The notes below the pieces were generated by a model, which saw only the letters and a program-made list of their open reading frames with translations, was not told where the DNA came from and ran no database searches. From an uncultured SAR86 cluster bacterium (GTDB lineage Bacteria; Pseudomonadota; Gammaproteobacteria; Magnimaribacterales; AG-339-G14), in NCBI GenBank assembly GCA_902560275.1, contig CACELJ010000003.1:5585-69584 (forward strand): a stretch of DNA of 64,000 nucleotides, in the 5' to 3' direction. Shown one piece after another: positions 39,369-51,706 of the stretch (position 1 is the stretch's first letter; each line of letters begins with the position of its first letter). The position numbers were made by a program, and so were the translations under genes.

Positions 39369-39881
39369 CTATCTTCTTACGTTAGGAATAATATCTTTTT
39401 CAAAGCCTTCGTCGAATCCTTCATCTCCGTAGATCTCATTTTCAAACCAATCTATGAATTCTTTCGATCTGGTACCTTTCCAATATTTCCAGGTACTTTT
39501 GGCCAGCGGAGCTTTCATGGTTCCCAACTTAAGCATGTGCATTCGCATATCTAAGTGAGATTTATCAACAAATCCATTTTGAACTTTTTCATAAGTATCG
39601 AAAATATCCACCAAGACGGTATTGACGAACACAGCAACTCGCCATCTATCTGCACCGTCTAATTCCTCTCCAGCCCAATCTTTTGAGAGAAAGTTGCTGA
39701 ACTCCTTATCTTTAGATGTATTGAAATATCTTTCATACATGCGCTGAGTTAAGGAATGCCCAAATTGAGCCTTCGTAATTTTATTTTGTTGATGGATTTG
39801 AATACCAAGGTAAAAAACAGATATAACTACCCCTAGCGCGGCAACTATTTGAACAATTAAAATAATTAAATCTTGATTCAC
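39369..39881 (-). CDS. Hypothetical protein with N-terminal TM helix
   Basis: 170-aa ORF, abuts neighbour. Confidence 0.75.
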   Translation of the reverse strand: MNQDLIILIVQIVAALGVVISVFYLGIQIHQQNKITKAQFGHSLTQRMYERYFNTSKDKEFSNFLSKDWAGEELDGADRWRVAVFVNTVLVDIFDTYEKVQNGFVDKSHLDMRMHMLKLGTMKAPLAKSTWKYWKGTRSKEFIDWFENEIYGDEGFDEGFEKDIIPNVRR

Positions 39882-40274
39882 TTATAAATATCCTTTGACT
39901 GATTTAAAAAGGTTTTTCATTGGCGTTAAAAATATTAGCACTAGAATTGCACCTTCAATCATTCCTTCTAGATAGGTAAATAATAAAAAAATACTATCGG
40001 CAGGCTCGATATATTCAGGTCCATACCATCTTACTACTAATCCCTCTAGCACATAGAGAGTGAAGAAAATCTTACCCCAGAAATGGAAAATAAATAATAG
40101 AACCAAAGAGACCAGAAAAAATAAAACTGCCAAAACTCCAAAATAGTCTATTTGAGACGAATCGGAAGGAAAGGCTAAATCTGGGTTTAAAAAAATTAAA
40201 CAGACGGTTACTAAAAGAGCTGAAATTATCAAAACTCTTAAAATTCTTTTTTGCAGGATAATGTCATCAACCAT
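39882..40274 (-). CDS. Hypothetical 4-TM membrane protein
   Basis: 130-aa hydrophobic ORF. Confidence 0.7.
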   Translation of the reverse strand: MVDDIILQKRILRVLIISALLVTVCLIFLNPDLAFPSDSSQIDYFGVLAVLFFLVSLVLLFIFHFWGKIFFTLYVLEGLVVRWYGPEYIEPADSIFLLFTYLEGMIEGAILVLIFLTPMKNLFKSVKGYL

Positions 40275-40303
40275 ATGTGTTTCTTACTTTTTCATTTTTT
40301 AAT

Positions 40304-40723
40304 CTAGGGTGCAAGGCTAGACCTAACTTGAACGCCCCAATTTGAATTTATCTTGGTGACAACATAAAGAGCTTCGTATTTGCTATGAGGCTTATTTTCT
40401 TTATCGTATCTTTGAAAGACAACTGAGACATGTACTTTTTCTTCGGAGATTAAGTCAAAATCTCTAGAAACCCATTTAGAGTGATGCCACCCAGCTGCTT
40501 CTAAGGATTTAAACATATCAGGTTCACTGAAATGACTTATGTAGTCATCTTTTGTTTCCCATAGCGAAACTTGTCCTCCTGCAATTCTTACATGAGGAAA
40601 ATTATGAGTATTGGACCAACCCTTCATATCTTTGTTATTGAAAGCCTCCATCCAGTTATCGAGAAGCTGTTCAACCTGATCTTTTATTTCCTTGCTCATA
40701 TCGAAAGTAAAGACAATAAGCAT
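40304..40723 (-). CDS. NTF2/SnoaL-like protein (start may be 40699)
   Basis: WMEAFN..D, FPHVRI, KVHV.V.F.RY, WGVQVRSS. Confidence 0.75.
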   Translation of the reverse strand: MLIVFTFDMSKEIKDQVEQLLDNWMEAFNNKDMKGWSNTHNFPHVRIAGGQVSLWETKDDYISHFSEPDMFKSLEAAGWHHSKWVSRDFDLISEEKVHVSVVFQRYDKENKPHSKYEALYVVTKINSNWGVQVRSSLAP

Positions 40724-40785
40724 TATTGCTCATTGATTATAGTCTGTGAAAATTAAACTGAGTGAAAAGTTGAAACTGACGAGAA

Positions 40786-41208
40786 TTAGGAATCAGAAGC
40801 AAGCCTGTCGTTTTCGTGGCAATCGCAATCTAACTGCTTACAAATTTGATGATTTCTGAAATGAGCAAAGGCCACGAAAATTGAGCCCAATAATGTTAAC
40901 CCTTTTTCACCAAATTCCCCCAAAATGCTTTCACCAAGAATAACTGCAGTTATGAGAAGCGCAAGCCCAAAGATTCCTACAGGAATGAAAGAGAAGGTTT
41001 TGTGATTCTTATATCCTAAATACAAAGAAAAAATGCTTACTGGCACGGCAATTAAAACTATTAATTTATGAACTACTTCATTATCCAAGGCAAAAGGAAG
41101 AACGCCCGAAGATAGGATTATGAAAGAAGGAACAAAAAAGCAGTGCACAACACAGGCAAATGATATGGTCATTGCAAATTTGTCCGTTGTTAATTGAGTT
41201 TTAATCAT
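40786..41208 (-). CDS. MerC domain-containing membrane protein
   Basis: DK...S.ACVVHC, GYKNH, AH.RN, C-terminal CDCH. Confidence 0.85.
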   Translation of the reverse strand: MIKTQLTTDKFAMTISFACVVHCFFVPSFIILSSGVLPFALDNEVVHKLIVLIAVPVSIFSLYLGYKNHKTFSFIPVGIFGLALLITAVILGESILGEFGEKGLTLLGSIFVAFAHFRNHQICKQLDCDCHENDRLASDS

Positions 41209-41279
41209 TTTTCACTTCTCAAGAGTTCATACTCTACATTAAGTAACTAGGTTTGTTAGCCTTTTTACAAAAATATAAA

Positions 41280-41801
41280 TTAAACGATACTGCTATCAAT
41301 AAGCACAGCTATTAAAAGGGCTGGTTCTGATCCATTGTTTACCCAAGCATGATTTGTCCCTCTCTGCACAACAACATCGTGAGGCTTTAGCTGAACCTCC
41401 TCTTCGTCTAAGATCAAAGTCACGTCACCTTTTAGGAGAATAATGTAATCGATGGTATGTGTTTCGTGCATAGCAGCATTTCTTGATGTGTCTACTCTAT
41501 GATGAGCAGCACCCATTTTTTCAAAAGCCGCTGCAGTAGCTGCTTCGATGGCTTCTTGAGGAACTCCTTCGGGAATAGGATTTATCTGAAAATATCTGAA
41601 CTTTGTTCCTTTTTGCACAGGGGACAATACGATATCAATATCAGCCCTGTCGTTCTTTGAAGTTGTATCGAATCCACTTCCATCGGTATTCCAGATTTCA
41701 TAAAGACCTCCTGCTTCTTCTCCGATTGTTCTTGCCGGCGGCCCGTCAATAGATATGACAGATTTTCCGTTATTGTTATGACCTGTAATTATTCTTCTCA
41801 T
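41280..41801 (-). CDS. Cupin domain protein
   Basis: RRIITGH..GKS, MHETHTIDY, VVQRGTNHAW. Confidence 0.88.
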   Translation of the reverse strand: MRRIITGHNNNGKSVISIDGPPARTIGEEAGGLYEIWNTDGSGFDTTSKNDRADIDIVLSPVQKGTKFRYFQINPIPEGVPQEAIEAATAAAFEKMGAAHHRVDTSRNAAMHETHTIDYIILLKGDVTLILDEEEVQLKPHDVVVQRGTNHAWVNNGSEPALLIAVLIDSSIV

Positions 41802-41872
41802 TTTCTCTCCTATTTTTAAATTAAGTTACTTGCATTCCTTATTAAATACAACAATTTGAAAAAGGGAGAAAA

Positions 41873-42316
41873 TTAAACTGGAGATGAGTGATGAACCTTT
41901 ATTTTAAAAGAATTTTTATCTTCGATCAGGAGGAATGTAAATGCAACAAGAGTAATTACATCTTGATTAACAGGCTTGAAGTTAAAAGTGCCCATTGCAA
42001 TTGTTAAAGAATCTTCCTCGATAGAATTTACCTCAACAAGATCGATGCTCTCCCATGGCTTAAGAGCAAAACCATTATCTTCCTCTATGCTGCCCTTCAC
42101 AAAGTAGGACAGTGCATCATCTTTTTTATTTCTGAATATTACTTCTTTTGTAAAAGTGGGCTTGAATAAAACATCTTCGATATCAAAAGTATAATGAGCG
42201 CTCAGGAAGTTTTCTGCGCATTTTTTATAATCCCCACCATCAGTGTAAACTTTTCCAATTTCTATAACGCCATTTTTCCAGGAATTTAGGAACTGCCTTA
42301 CTTTGTCTGAGACCAT
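41873..42316 (-). CDS. COG4337-like NTF2-fold protein, candidate carbonic anhydrase
   Basis: GGDY, VLFKPT, ALSYFV, GFALKPW, AMG, KIKVHHSS. Confidence 0.75.
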   Translation of the reverse strand: MVSDKVRQFLNSWKNGVIEIGKVYTDGGDYKKCAENFLSAHYTFDIEDVLFKPTFTKEVIFRNKKDDALSYFVKGSIEEDNGFALKPWESIDLVEVNSIEEDSLTIAMGTFNFKPVNQDVITLVAFTFLLIEDKNSFKIKVHHSSPV

Positions 42317-42325
42317 AAAACTTTT

Positions 42326-43549
42326 TTATGTTTTCTGCTGAGTGAAGCGTTGGCCCCTTTCTTTGGCGAGCTTATATGCTGCCTTAGTTTCGGCTTCAAC
42401 TTCATCCCGCTGTTGTTGGCGAAGCTCTGAATATTCTTCAGCCCACCAACGACGCGTCACTTGAGGAAAAGTTCCCATTCGGTTGACGCTTGCATTAGCG
42501 CCTCGATCTCGTCCAGATTCATAACCTCCAACGCCAACCGAGCCAGCTTCGAATTTACCAAAAGGTATTAAGTCTCCCTCCATTTTTGGTATTAAGAAAT
42601 AAGGCATTGAGACTCGTGTTTCGCCTTTAGGAATTAAGGTGGTGTTAACTCGATGCAAGGTTGCTGAGTAACGTCCCTCACTTAAATGCATAAGCGTTCC
42701 GCCAGTATTTACAATGACTGCTCCAGGAATTACAGGAACATGATAATCTCCCGGTGCTGTTCGACAGGTAACTGGCGCATCAATCCACTCACCTTCTGCT
42801 GCTACAACTTGAAGCCCAGGTCTATCATTTATTAACAGAGCAATGAAAGGTGGCCCATCAATATGCGCACCGACCTTATCGCTTGAAAATTTTTTATATT
42901 CCTTACGAACTTTATCTTGATCTTCCTCAGCATAGACATCTAGTCCAAAATTATGATTAAGGCTGGCAGCCAAATCAGGATCGTCAAAATCAAAATATTC
43001 ACGAAATGCTTCAACGTCTTCTCCTAATGATTCAACAATTGCCTCGCCTAACAAGTGGGTTAAGCGATGATAACGCTGATTTAAATCATCAATTAATGGT
43101 CTAAATCCTGGAAGCCCCTCTTCATCTGGCCAAGTATTTGGGCCGCGAAACAATCTGCGATGAATGGGCTGAGATTTATCATCGTGTTTACATAAAGGTT
43201 CTTGTTCAAAGCCATATTGAAATGCTTCAATGACTTGTCCATAACCACTATCAGCCGGTGTGGGTAAACTGTATCCTCTAAAATACGGAGTTTTTCCAAT
43301 ATAGGAAGTTTTTTTAAGCTCTACCGGTGAATCAAAAAAGCCTCTGACTTCTTTAAATGCCCGTTGCTGGAATTCATCGGAAAGGCCTGGCGCATTTGTA
43401 AGCACCATAAATCCATATTCAGATAAGGCGTATCTAAGATCTTTAAAAAATTTATCTGGATTAGATTCCTTTTCAAGCCAGTCAACTTCAGGGAGTTGTA
43501 AGTTGGGATCTTTCATTACAGCAGACTTATTTTTTTCAATTTTCCCCAT
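42326..43549 (-). CDS. Isopenicillin N synthase-like Fe(II)/2OG oxygenase
   Basis: YGFM, FRGY, GPNTWP, HID, LHRV, RVS. Confidence 0.88.
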   Translation of the reverse strand: MGKIEKNKSAVMKDPNLQLPEVDWLEKESNPDKFFKDLRYALSEYGFMVLTNAPGLSDEFQQRAFKEVRGFFDSPVELKKTSYIGKTPYFRGYSLPTPADSGYGQVIEAFQYGFEQEPLCKHDDKSQPIHRRLFRGPNTWPDEEGLPGFRPLIDDLNQRYHRLTHLLGEAIVESLGEDVEAFREYFDFDDPDLAASLNHNFGLDVYAEEDQDKVRKEYKKFSSDKVGAHIDGPPFIALLINDRPGLQVVAAEGEWIDAPVTCRTAPGDYHVPVIPGAVIVNTGGTLMHLSEGRYSATLHRVNTTLIPKGETRVSMPYFLIPKMEGDLIPFGKFEAGSVGVGGYESGRDRGANASVNRMGTFPQVTRRWWAEEYSELRQQQRDEVEAETKAAYKLAKERGQRFTQQKT

Positions 43550-43563
43550 GCGAGTATTTTACT

Positions 43564-45087
43564 CTATTCATTATTTTTTTTTGATTCTTCAATAAGCTTA
43601 ACTAGGTTTTCATGGATTATAGGGGCAGTATTTGGGCCCAAAGATACTATCTCGCCATAAGTTTCTTCATTCTCTCCGTAGATCCAGGGAGCGTCTTCAT
43701 CCCATTCACTTTTTGGAATGATGTAACCAATTGAATCATTTGCTAAATTCACCATCAAATTAAGTTTGTCTGGAAATTGACTTCTTAGATGTGGAACTTC
43801 TTGAGGAGCCATCACGTAATCTGCGCCCATAGGATTTTCTATGCCTCCAACAGCAATTTCTGGATAGAGTTCTCCAGGAACGCCAGTAATAGTTGCATCT
43901 CCTAATTGTATGAATGCTACTTCGCTGAGATAACGTATAAATGGCGGCATCAAGCTGAATTTAAGATCTGTATCAATCACGCCAAGCAAAGTGCCTAGTG
44001 AGAGCATGAAATTTTCTATGCCTAATTCTATTTCTGTCGTGTCGACAGTTATGGATGGCTTTGGAGACTGCTCAAAATCACCTGAATGATAAGCCTCTAT
44101 GATGCTGCTTGCTAGACTATATCCATACGCACGTGCTTTTGCATGACTTGGTTTGGTGAGCATTTTTTTTAAAACAGGATCATAAATTGGATCGGTTGGC
44201 CCTGATGTCATAAGGCCTCCAATGTTTCCTGTAAGCCATAACGTGGTTCCACCAAGTCCAGCTCTAACAAGCTGATTATCGTAATAAATGCCTTCACTAA
44301 TCCCTCTTCTTAAGTAGCCTGCAACATCAGCAGTTAATTCTAGGTTTTTATCCCACGTAAGTTCGACGTGGATTCCAAAATTAATTAGCGAGCCAATAAT
44401 TGAGCCATCAGGGCGATTAAACAAAATTGCTCTTATGTCGTCGTCTATCACGATAGGTTTTCTTTTATCTTTGATGGGCGTGAGAGGATTGGTTGGAATT
44501 AAAGCCAAACTCATTTCTGCAGGCTCCAAGTTATTTATAGCCATTTTTAATGTGCTTAAGAAATCCTTTTTGAGCTGCTCCATATAACCTTCATCAACGC
44601 CGCTTTTTAAAAATCCTGACCCCCAAAGACCTTGAGTATCTGGACCCTCATGATTATGTGTTGCATGCACCATAATGTAATCTAGTCCCCACTCTTCAGG
44701 AACATCCTCACGCACACTAAGAACGAATTTTCGCATTAGCCCAATAGTGTCAGCGCTAATAATTCCTATCCGAGTCTGACCGTCGTCAATCACAGCGGTT
44801 ACCGCCATGAGGTCGTCTTTAACTCCTTGAGCGGCTCGTTTATTTTGAAAACCTGCCATCCAGACAGCATCAAATTGATTATTCCCGTTTACATCGGTCC
44901 ACTTATCAATATCAGGATCAAATTGGGCATCGTTATTTGCATCCTCCCATTCATCAATTAGCTCAGGGGTAATTGACAGCTCAGCAAACCCAACTTTGAA
45001 TTCGTTCGCATAGATTTGAGAAGTCAAAACAAAGCCAAACATTATAAAAATGTAAAGTCTGTATTTTGGAAGTCTAAAGAAAATCAA
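43564..45087 (-). CDS. Secreted neutral/alkaline ceramidase-like protein
   Basis: Signal peptide, VGFAELSITP, ATHNHEGPDT, PGELYPE, GYI, YGE. Confidence 0.75.
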   Translation of the reverse strand: MIFFRLPKYRLYIFIMFGFVLTSQIYANEFKVGFAELSITPELIDEWEDANNDAQFDPDIDKWTDVNGNNQFDAVWMAGFQNKRAAQGVKDDLMAVTAVIDDGQTRIGIISADTIGLMRKFVLSVREDVPEEWGLDYIMVHATHNHEGPDTQGLWGSGFLKSGVDEGYMEQLKKDFLSTLKMAINNLEPAEMSLALIPTNPLTPIKDKRKPIVIDDDIRAILFNRPDGSIIGSLINFGIHVELTWDKNLELTADVAGYLRRGISEGIYYDNQLVRAGLGGTTLWLTGNIGGLMTSGPTDPIYDPVLKKMLTKPSHAKARAYGYSLASSIIEAYHSGDFEQSPKPSITVDTTEIELGIENFMLSLGTLLGVIDTDLKFSLMPPFIRYLSEVAFIQLGDATITGVPGELYPEIAVGGIENPMGADYVMAPQEVPHLRSQFPDKLNLMVNLANDSIGYIIPKSEWDEDAPWIYGENEETYGEIVSLGPNTAPIIHENLVKLIEESKKNNE

Positions 45088-45361
45088 AAATTACTCTACC
45101 GTGACTGAGTGTTTTACAACAGTCAATTAGTTTTCGATGGATTGTAGTTTCGTATCTTTTTTCTTTGCCCATTTTGCGATCAAAATCCAAGAATATGCTG
45201 TCACCACAATCGTCAGAATTAACCAAATGTAAAAATTTATTTCCATAATTATCTCCTGTTAATTTACTGTTGTGAATTACTCCACAGTCACTGAGTAGAT
45301 TTAACTGTCTACTTGTTGGTTTATGGAATCTAATTAAAAATTCTATGTGCCTTTCTTTCAT
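45074..45361 (-). CDS. Hypothetical protein
   Basis: 95-aa ORF filling the gap between co-oriented genes. Confidence 0.5.
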   Translation of the reverse strand: MKERHIEFLIRFHKPTSRQLNLLSDCGVIHNSKLTGDNYGNKFLHLVNSDDCGDSIFLDFDRKMGKEKRYETTIHRKLIDCCKTLSHGRVIFDFL

Positions 45362-45368
45362 TAAACTT

Positions 45369-45755
45369 CTATGTTGTTTTGCTGAACTTCTTGTGAGTCA
45401 ATGTAAACAAACATGCTCCAATTATAGTCCATAGAATATCATTCCAATCGAAGACACCTCTTCCAGGTGTAAAAATTGTAATGAACTCATTGGCAATTAA
45501 TCCCAATATGGAGATTCCTACTGACCAATAGAGTCGATTTTTAAATAAAGATGAATAAGGTTTGGATACTTCTGGAATCACCACATATAACAGAGCAGGC
45601 AATCCAATTCCTGGCAAGAAATTTGGAGCAACCCCAAGAAGATAAATTATTATTTCATTAGCACCATCATAATTTGGTCTTATGTAATCCTGGACTATAG
45701 AAAAAAGCAAAAAAGAAATAGCAAAAATAATGTAATAAACGAACTTTCTATTCAT
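45369..45755 (-). CDS. Hypothetical membrane protein
   Basis: 128 aa, 4 TM, LGVAPNF...E...FDWNDI. Confidence 0.75.
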   Translation of the reverse strand: MNRKFVYYIIFAISFLLFSIVQDYIRPNYDGANEIIIYLLGVAPNFLPGIGLPALLYVVIPEVSKPYSSLFKNRLYWSVGISILGLIANEFITIFTPGRGVFDWNDILWTIIGACLFTLTHKKFSKTT

Positions 45756-45814
45756 TTTTATCTTTTATCACTAATATTTAATATCCACAATCTTGTAAAA
45801 GTGGACAGTTCTAT

Positions 45815-47641
45815 CTACTCGACAGTGACAGACTTAGCTAAGTTTCTTGGTTGATCAATATCTGTGCCTCTGATTAAGGCGACTTCGTAGGATAAAATTT
45901 GCAGAGGGATGGTGTATAAAATTGGCGTTAGTAAAAAATCGCACTCAGGCATACTGATGTATTTGCCTCTTTCAAGAGAAAGTTTTTCTTTCGCATTACC
46001 AAACACGTACAATGCGCCGCCTCTTGCTTTGACCTCTTCTAGGTTGGATACCAATTTCTCTGCTAATTCATGTTCCGGAGCAATTGCAACGACCGGCATA
46101 CGCTCATCGATTAATGCAAGCGGTCCGTGCTTTAACTCTCCTGCAGGATAAGCTTCTGCATGAATATAAGAAATTTCTTTGAGTTTGAGGGCGCCCTCTT
46201 TTGCTATGGGATAAAACATCCCTCGCCCTAAAAATAAAGCATTATCCTGTTGAGCTATCTCAGAAGCTATATCAACGATATCACCCTTTAGCTCAAGACT
46301 TTTCTCAACAATATCGGGCATCTGACGCAAAGCTTGGATTACTCTAGACCTGAGCTTTGGATTCGTGCCAGAGGCTTTTGCCAGTGACAACGTCAATAAC
46401 ATCAAGGCTATGAGCTGCGTGGTAAAAGCTTTTGTGGAAGCTACGCCAATTTCTGGTCCTGCGTTGGTTAGAAGTAAAAAATCTGACTCTCTAGCTAATG
46501 AGCTAGTTGGTACATTACAAATTGCCAAAGAAGCAAGATATTTTTGATCTTTTGCATAACGGAGGGCGGCTAAAGTATCAGCGGTTTCTCCAGATTGAGA
46601 AATAGTAACCAAAAGAGTATTTTTATCCACATAGGGATTTTTATAACGATACTCACTAGCGTAATCTATTTGGGTTGGCAGCCCAGCTATAGCTGAGAAC
46701 CAGTTTGCAGCAACTCGGCCTGCATGGAGACTTGTGCCACATGCAGTGATTTGAATTCTTTTAACTTTTGCAAAAAGGTCATTTGATCCCTCGCCAAAAA
46801 TATTTTCTAAAACATCGTCGCCACCAACTCTTCCATCAAGAGTATTTAATATCGCGTTAGGCTGCTCATAGATTTCTTTTTCCATGAAATGCTTATAGTC
46901 GCCTTTTGATGCTGCCTCGCTTTTGATATCAATAATCTGAATATCCCTTTTGCAGGCTTTATTATTTTTATCGAATATTTCTACATTATTAGGACTAATT
47001 TTTGCGACATCGCCGTCTTCTAAAATAAGGAATTTATTTGTAAGATCAGCAAGCGCTAAGGGATCGGAAGCAGCAAAATTTTCATCTTCGCCTAGGCCAA
47101 TCAATAGGGGCGATCGATTTCGAGCAAGTACCAGTGTATTTGGATCGCTATGATCCAGTGCTGCGATTGCATAGGCTCCTTGAAGCTTGTCTTTAAGTTG
47201 CTTGGTGGCTTCGAGCAAAGATGAGCCCTCTTCTAGGTAACTATCAAGAAGATGCGCTATTAATTCTGAATCTGTTTTAGAGGTAAAAGCATAACCTTTG
47301 CTAGCTAATTCATCTTTGAGCTCCAAATAATTTTCAATAATGCCGTTGTGGACAATGAAAATTCTTTCGTTTGATTGGTGTGGATGGGCATTGACCTCAG
47401 AGGGTTCGCCGTGGGTTGCCCAACGAGTGTGTGCAATGCCAACTTTTCCTTTAGGCTTCTCATTAATCATCAAATCTTCAAGAAGCTTTACTTTTCCCAG
47501 AGCTCTCAGATGCGCAACTTTATTTTCTGTGTGCATTGCAATGCCAGCAGAATCATAGCCTCGATATTCCATCTTATAAAGACCTTGAATCAAGAGCTTA
47601 CCGATACTCCTTTCAGTTGATGCTGCGATAATTCCACACAT
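45815..47641 (-). CDS. glmS: Glutamine--fructose-6-phosphate aminotransferase
   Basis: MCGI, HTRWATHG, SQSGETADT, PRNLAKSVTVE. Confidence 0.98.
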   Translation of the reverse strand: MCGIIAASTERSIGKLLIQGLYKMEYRGYDSAGIAMHTENKVAHLRALGKVKLLEDLMINEKPKGKVGIAHTRWATHGEPSEVNAHPHQSNERIFIVHNGIIENYLELKDELASKGYAFTSKTDSELIAHLLDSYLEEGSSLLEATKQLKDKLQGAYAIAALDHSDPNTLVLARNRSPLLIGLGEDENFAASDPLALADLTNKFLILEDGDVAKISPNNVEIFDKNNKACKRDIQIIDIKSEAASKGDYKHFMEKEIYEQPNAILNTLDGRVGGDDVLENIFGEGSNDLFAKVKRIQITACGTSLHAGRVAANWFSAIAGLPTQIDYASEYRYKNPYVDKNTLLVTISQSGETADTLAALRYAKDQKYLASLAICNVPTSSLARESDFLLLTNAGPEIGVASTKAFTTQLIALMLLTLSLAKASGTNPKLRSRVIQALRQMPDIVEKSLELKGDIVDIASEIAQQDNALFLGRGMFYPIAKEGALKLKEISYIHAEAYPAGELKHGPLALIDERMPVVAIAPEHELAEKLVSNLEEVKARGGALYVFGNAKEKLSLERGKYISMPECDFLLTPILYTIPLQILSYEVALIRGTDIDQPRNLAKSVTVE

Positions 47642-48990
47642 TATTTTTTCCTATTAGGCATGTTTTTTTGTCTGCCCCTTCCAATAGCTAGTTGGCCTTT
47701 ACCAACATTTTTTGTGACGACAGATCCAGAGCCAATGTAAGATTTTGCACCGATAGTCAAAGGAGCTACCAAGGCTGAGTTTGATCCTATGAAAGCATCA
47801 TCCTCAATTTTGGTGATATGCTTTTTAACGCCATCGTAATTACAAAAGATCGTGCCAGCGCCAATGTTGACGCCTTTTCCTATTCTGCCATCGCCTATGT
47901 AAGCAAGGTGTTTTGCTTTTGAGTTGGCTCCTATATTGCTTCTTTTTGTCTCAACAAAGTTTCCAATCTCTGCCCCCTCTTCCATTTTCGTTTGGACTCC
48001 AACATGAGCAAACGGTCCTGCTTTCGCATTGCTTTCAAGCATAGATTCTTCGACAAAAGAATATGCAAGAAGTTCAGCGTTTTTACCGATTTTTGAATTT
48101 GAAATGATGCATCCTGGACCAATTTTTGCATTAGTTCCAATTGAAACAGTACCTTCAAAAATAACATTCTCATCTATAAAGGCGCCCTTTTCTATTGAGA
48201 TGTTTCCCCTAAATTTAACTTTTTCTATGTCGGCAAAAGAAACTCCTTTGTTAAGAAATTTTTTCGCAGTGAAAATGTGATGAGCCTTTTCTAATGCTTG
48301 AAGCTCTTCAAGCGTATTACAACCTAAAACTTCATTTGTATCACTTAAGCTCAATGACTGAATATTTAATTTTTCGAGATGCGCCTCATGAACCGTATCG
48401 GTCAGATAAAACTCTTTAGCTTTGTTGTTATTTTTGATTTTTCCTAGCAAGCGAATAAGATCTTTGGCTTTAAAAGCCATAATTCCAGAATTAACCTCAG
48501 AAATTTCTTTCTGAGATGGTGAGGCATCTTTTTCTTCAATTATTGCTTCTATCTTATTTCTTGAACCTCTTACTATTCTTCCATAACCAGTTGGATTTTC
48601 TTTATTGAAAGTAAGCAAGGCCGGTCCTTTGGAAGCCAGCTTGGCTAGTTTGGAAATCGTGCTCTCGGAGATAAGGGGAACATCACCATACAAAATAACT
48701 ACGTTTGAATTGGATCTTATGTGTTTAGTTGCTTGCTTAACTGCGTGCCCAGTTCCAAGTTGTTTTGTCTGTTTGATCCAGTTTATTTTCTTATTGCCAG
48801 AAAAAGTTTTTCTTACCTGTTGCGCTTCATGTCCTACGACAACGTGCAATTTAGTTTTCTTTAATTGTGATACTGAATCCAAGACGTGCTCCAGCATAGG
48901 CCGTCCTGCAAGGCTTGCTAAAACTTTAGGCAAAGAGCTTCCCATACGGGTGCCTTTTCCTGCTGCCAATATAACAATATCTAAATTCAT
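47641..48990 (-). CDS. glmU: Bifunctional UDP-GlcNAc pyrophosphorylase/acetyltransferase
   Basis: LAAGKGTRM, QLGTGHA, GNFVETK, CNYDG. Confidence 0.96.
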   Translation of the reverse strand: MNLDIVILAAGKGTRMGSSLPKVLASLAGRPMLEHVLDSVSQLKKTKLHVVVGHEAQQVRKTFSGNKKINWIKQTKQLGTGHAVKQATKHIRSNSNVVILYGDVPLISESTISKLAKLASKGPALLTFNKENPTGYGRIVRGSRNKIEAIIEEKDASPSQKEISEVNSGIMAFKAKDLIRLLGKIKNNNKAKEFYLTDTVHEAHLEKLNIQSLSLSDTNEVLGCNTLEELQALEKAHHIFTAKKFLNKGVSFADIEKVKFRGNISIEKGAFIDENVIFEGTVSIGTNAKIGPGCIISNSKIGKNAELLAYSFVEESMLESNAKAGPFAHVGVQTKMEEGAEIGNFVETKRSNIGANSKAKHLAYIGDGRIGKGVNIGAGTIFCNYDGVKKHITKIEDDAFIGSNSALVAPLTIGAKSYIGSGSVVTKNVGKGQLAIGRGRQKNMPNRKK

Positions 48991-49032
48991 AGGCGGTTGA
49001 GCAACTAAGCTGACTTTTATGTGCCTATTTAA

Positions 49033-51700
<2,668 letters not shown>

Positions 51701-51706
51701 TAAGTG

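Noticed and set aside
39369-45755. Integron cassette array
   Set aside because: Intergenic gaps mostly under 30 nt, no repeated attC-like palindromes, no integrase
45756-45814. Intact Tn7 element
   Set aside because: No tnsABCD, no repeated TnsB sites, no second end identified
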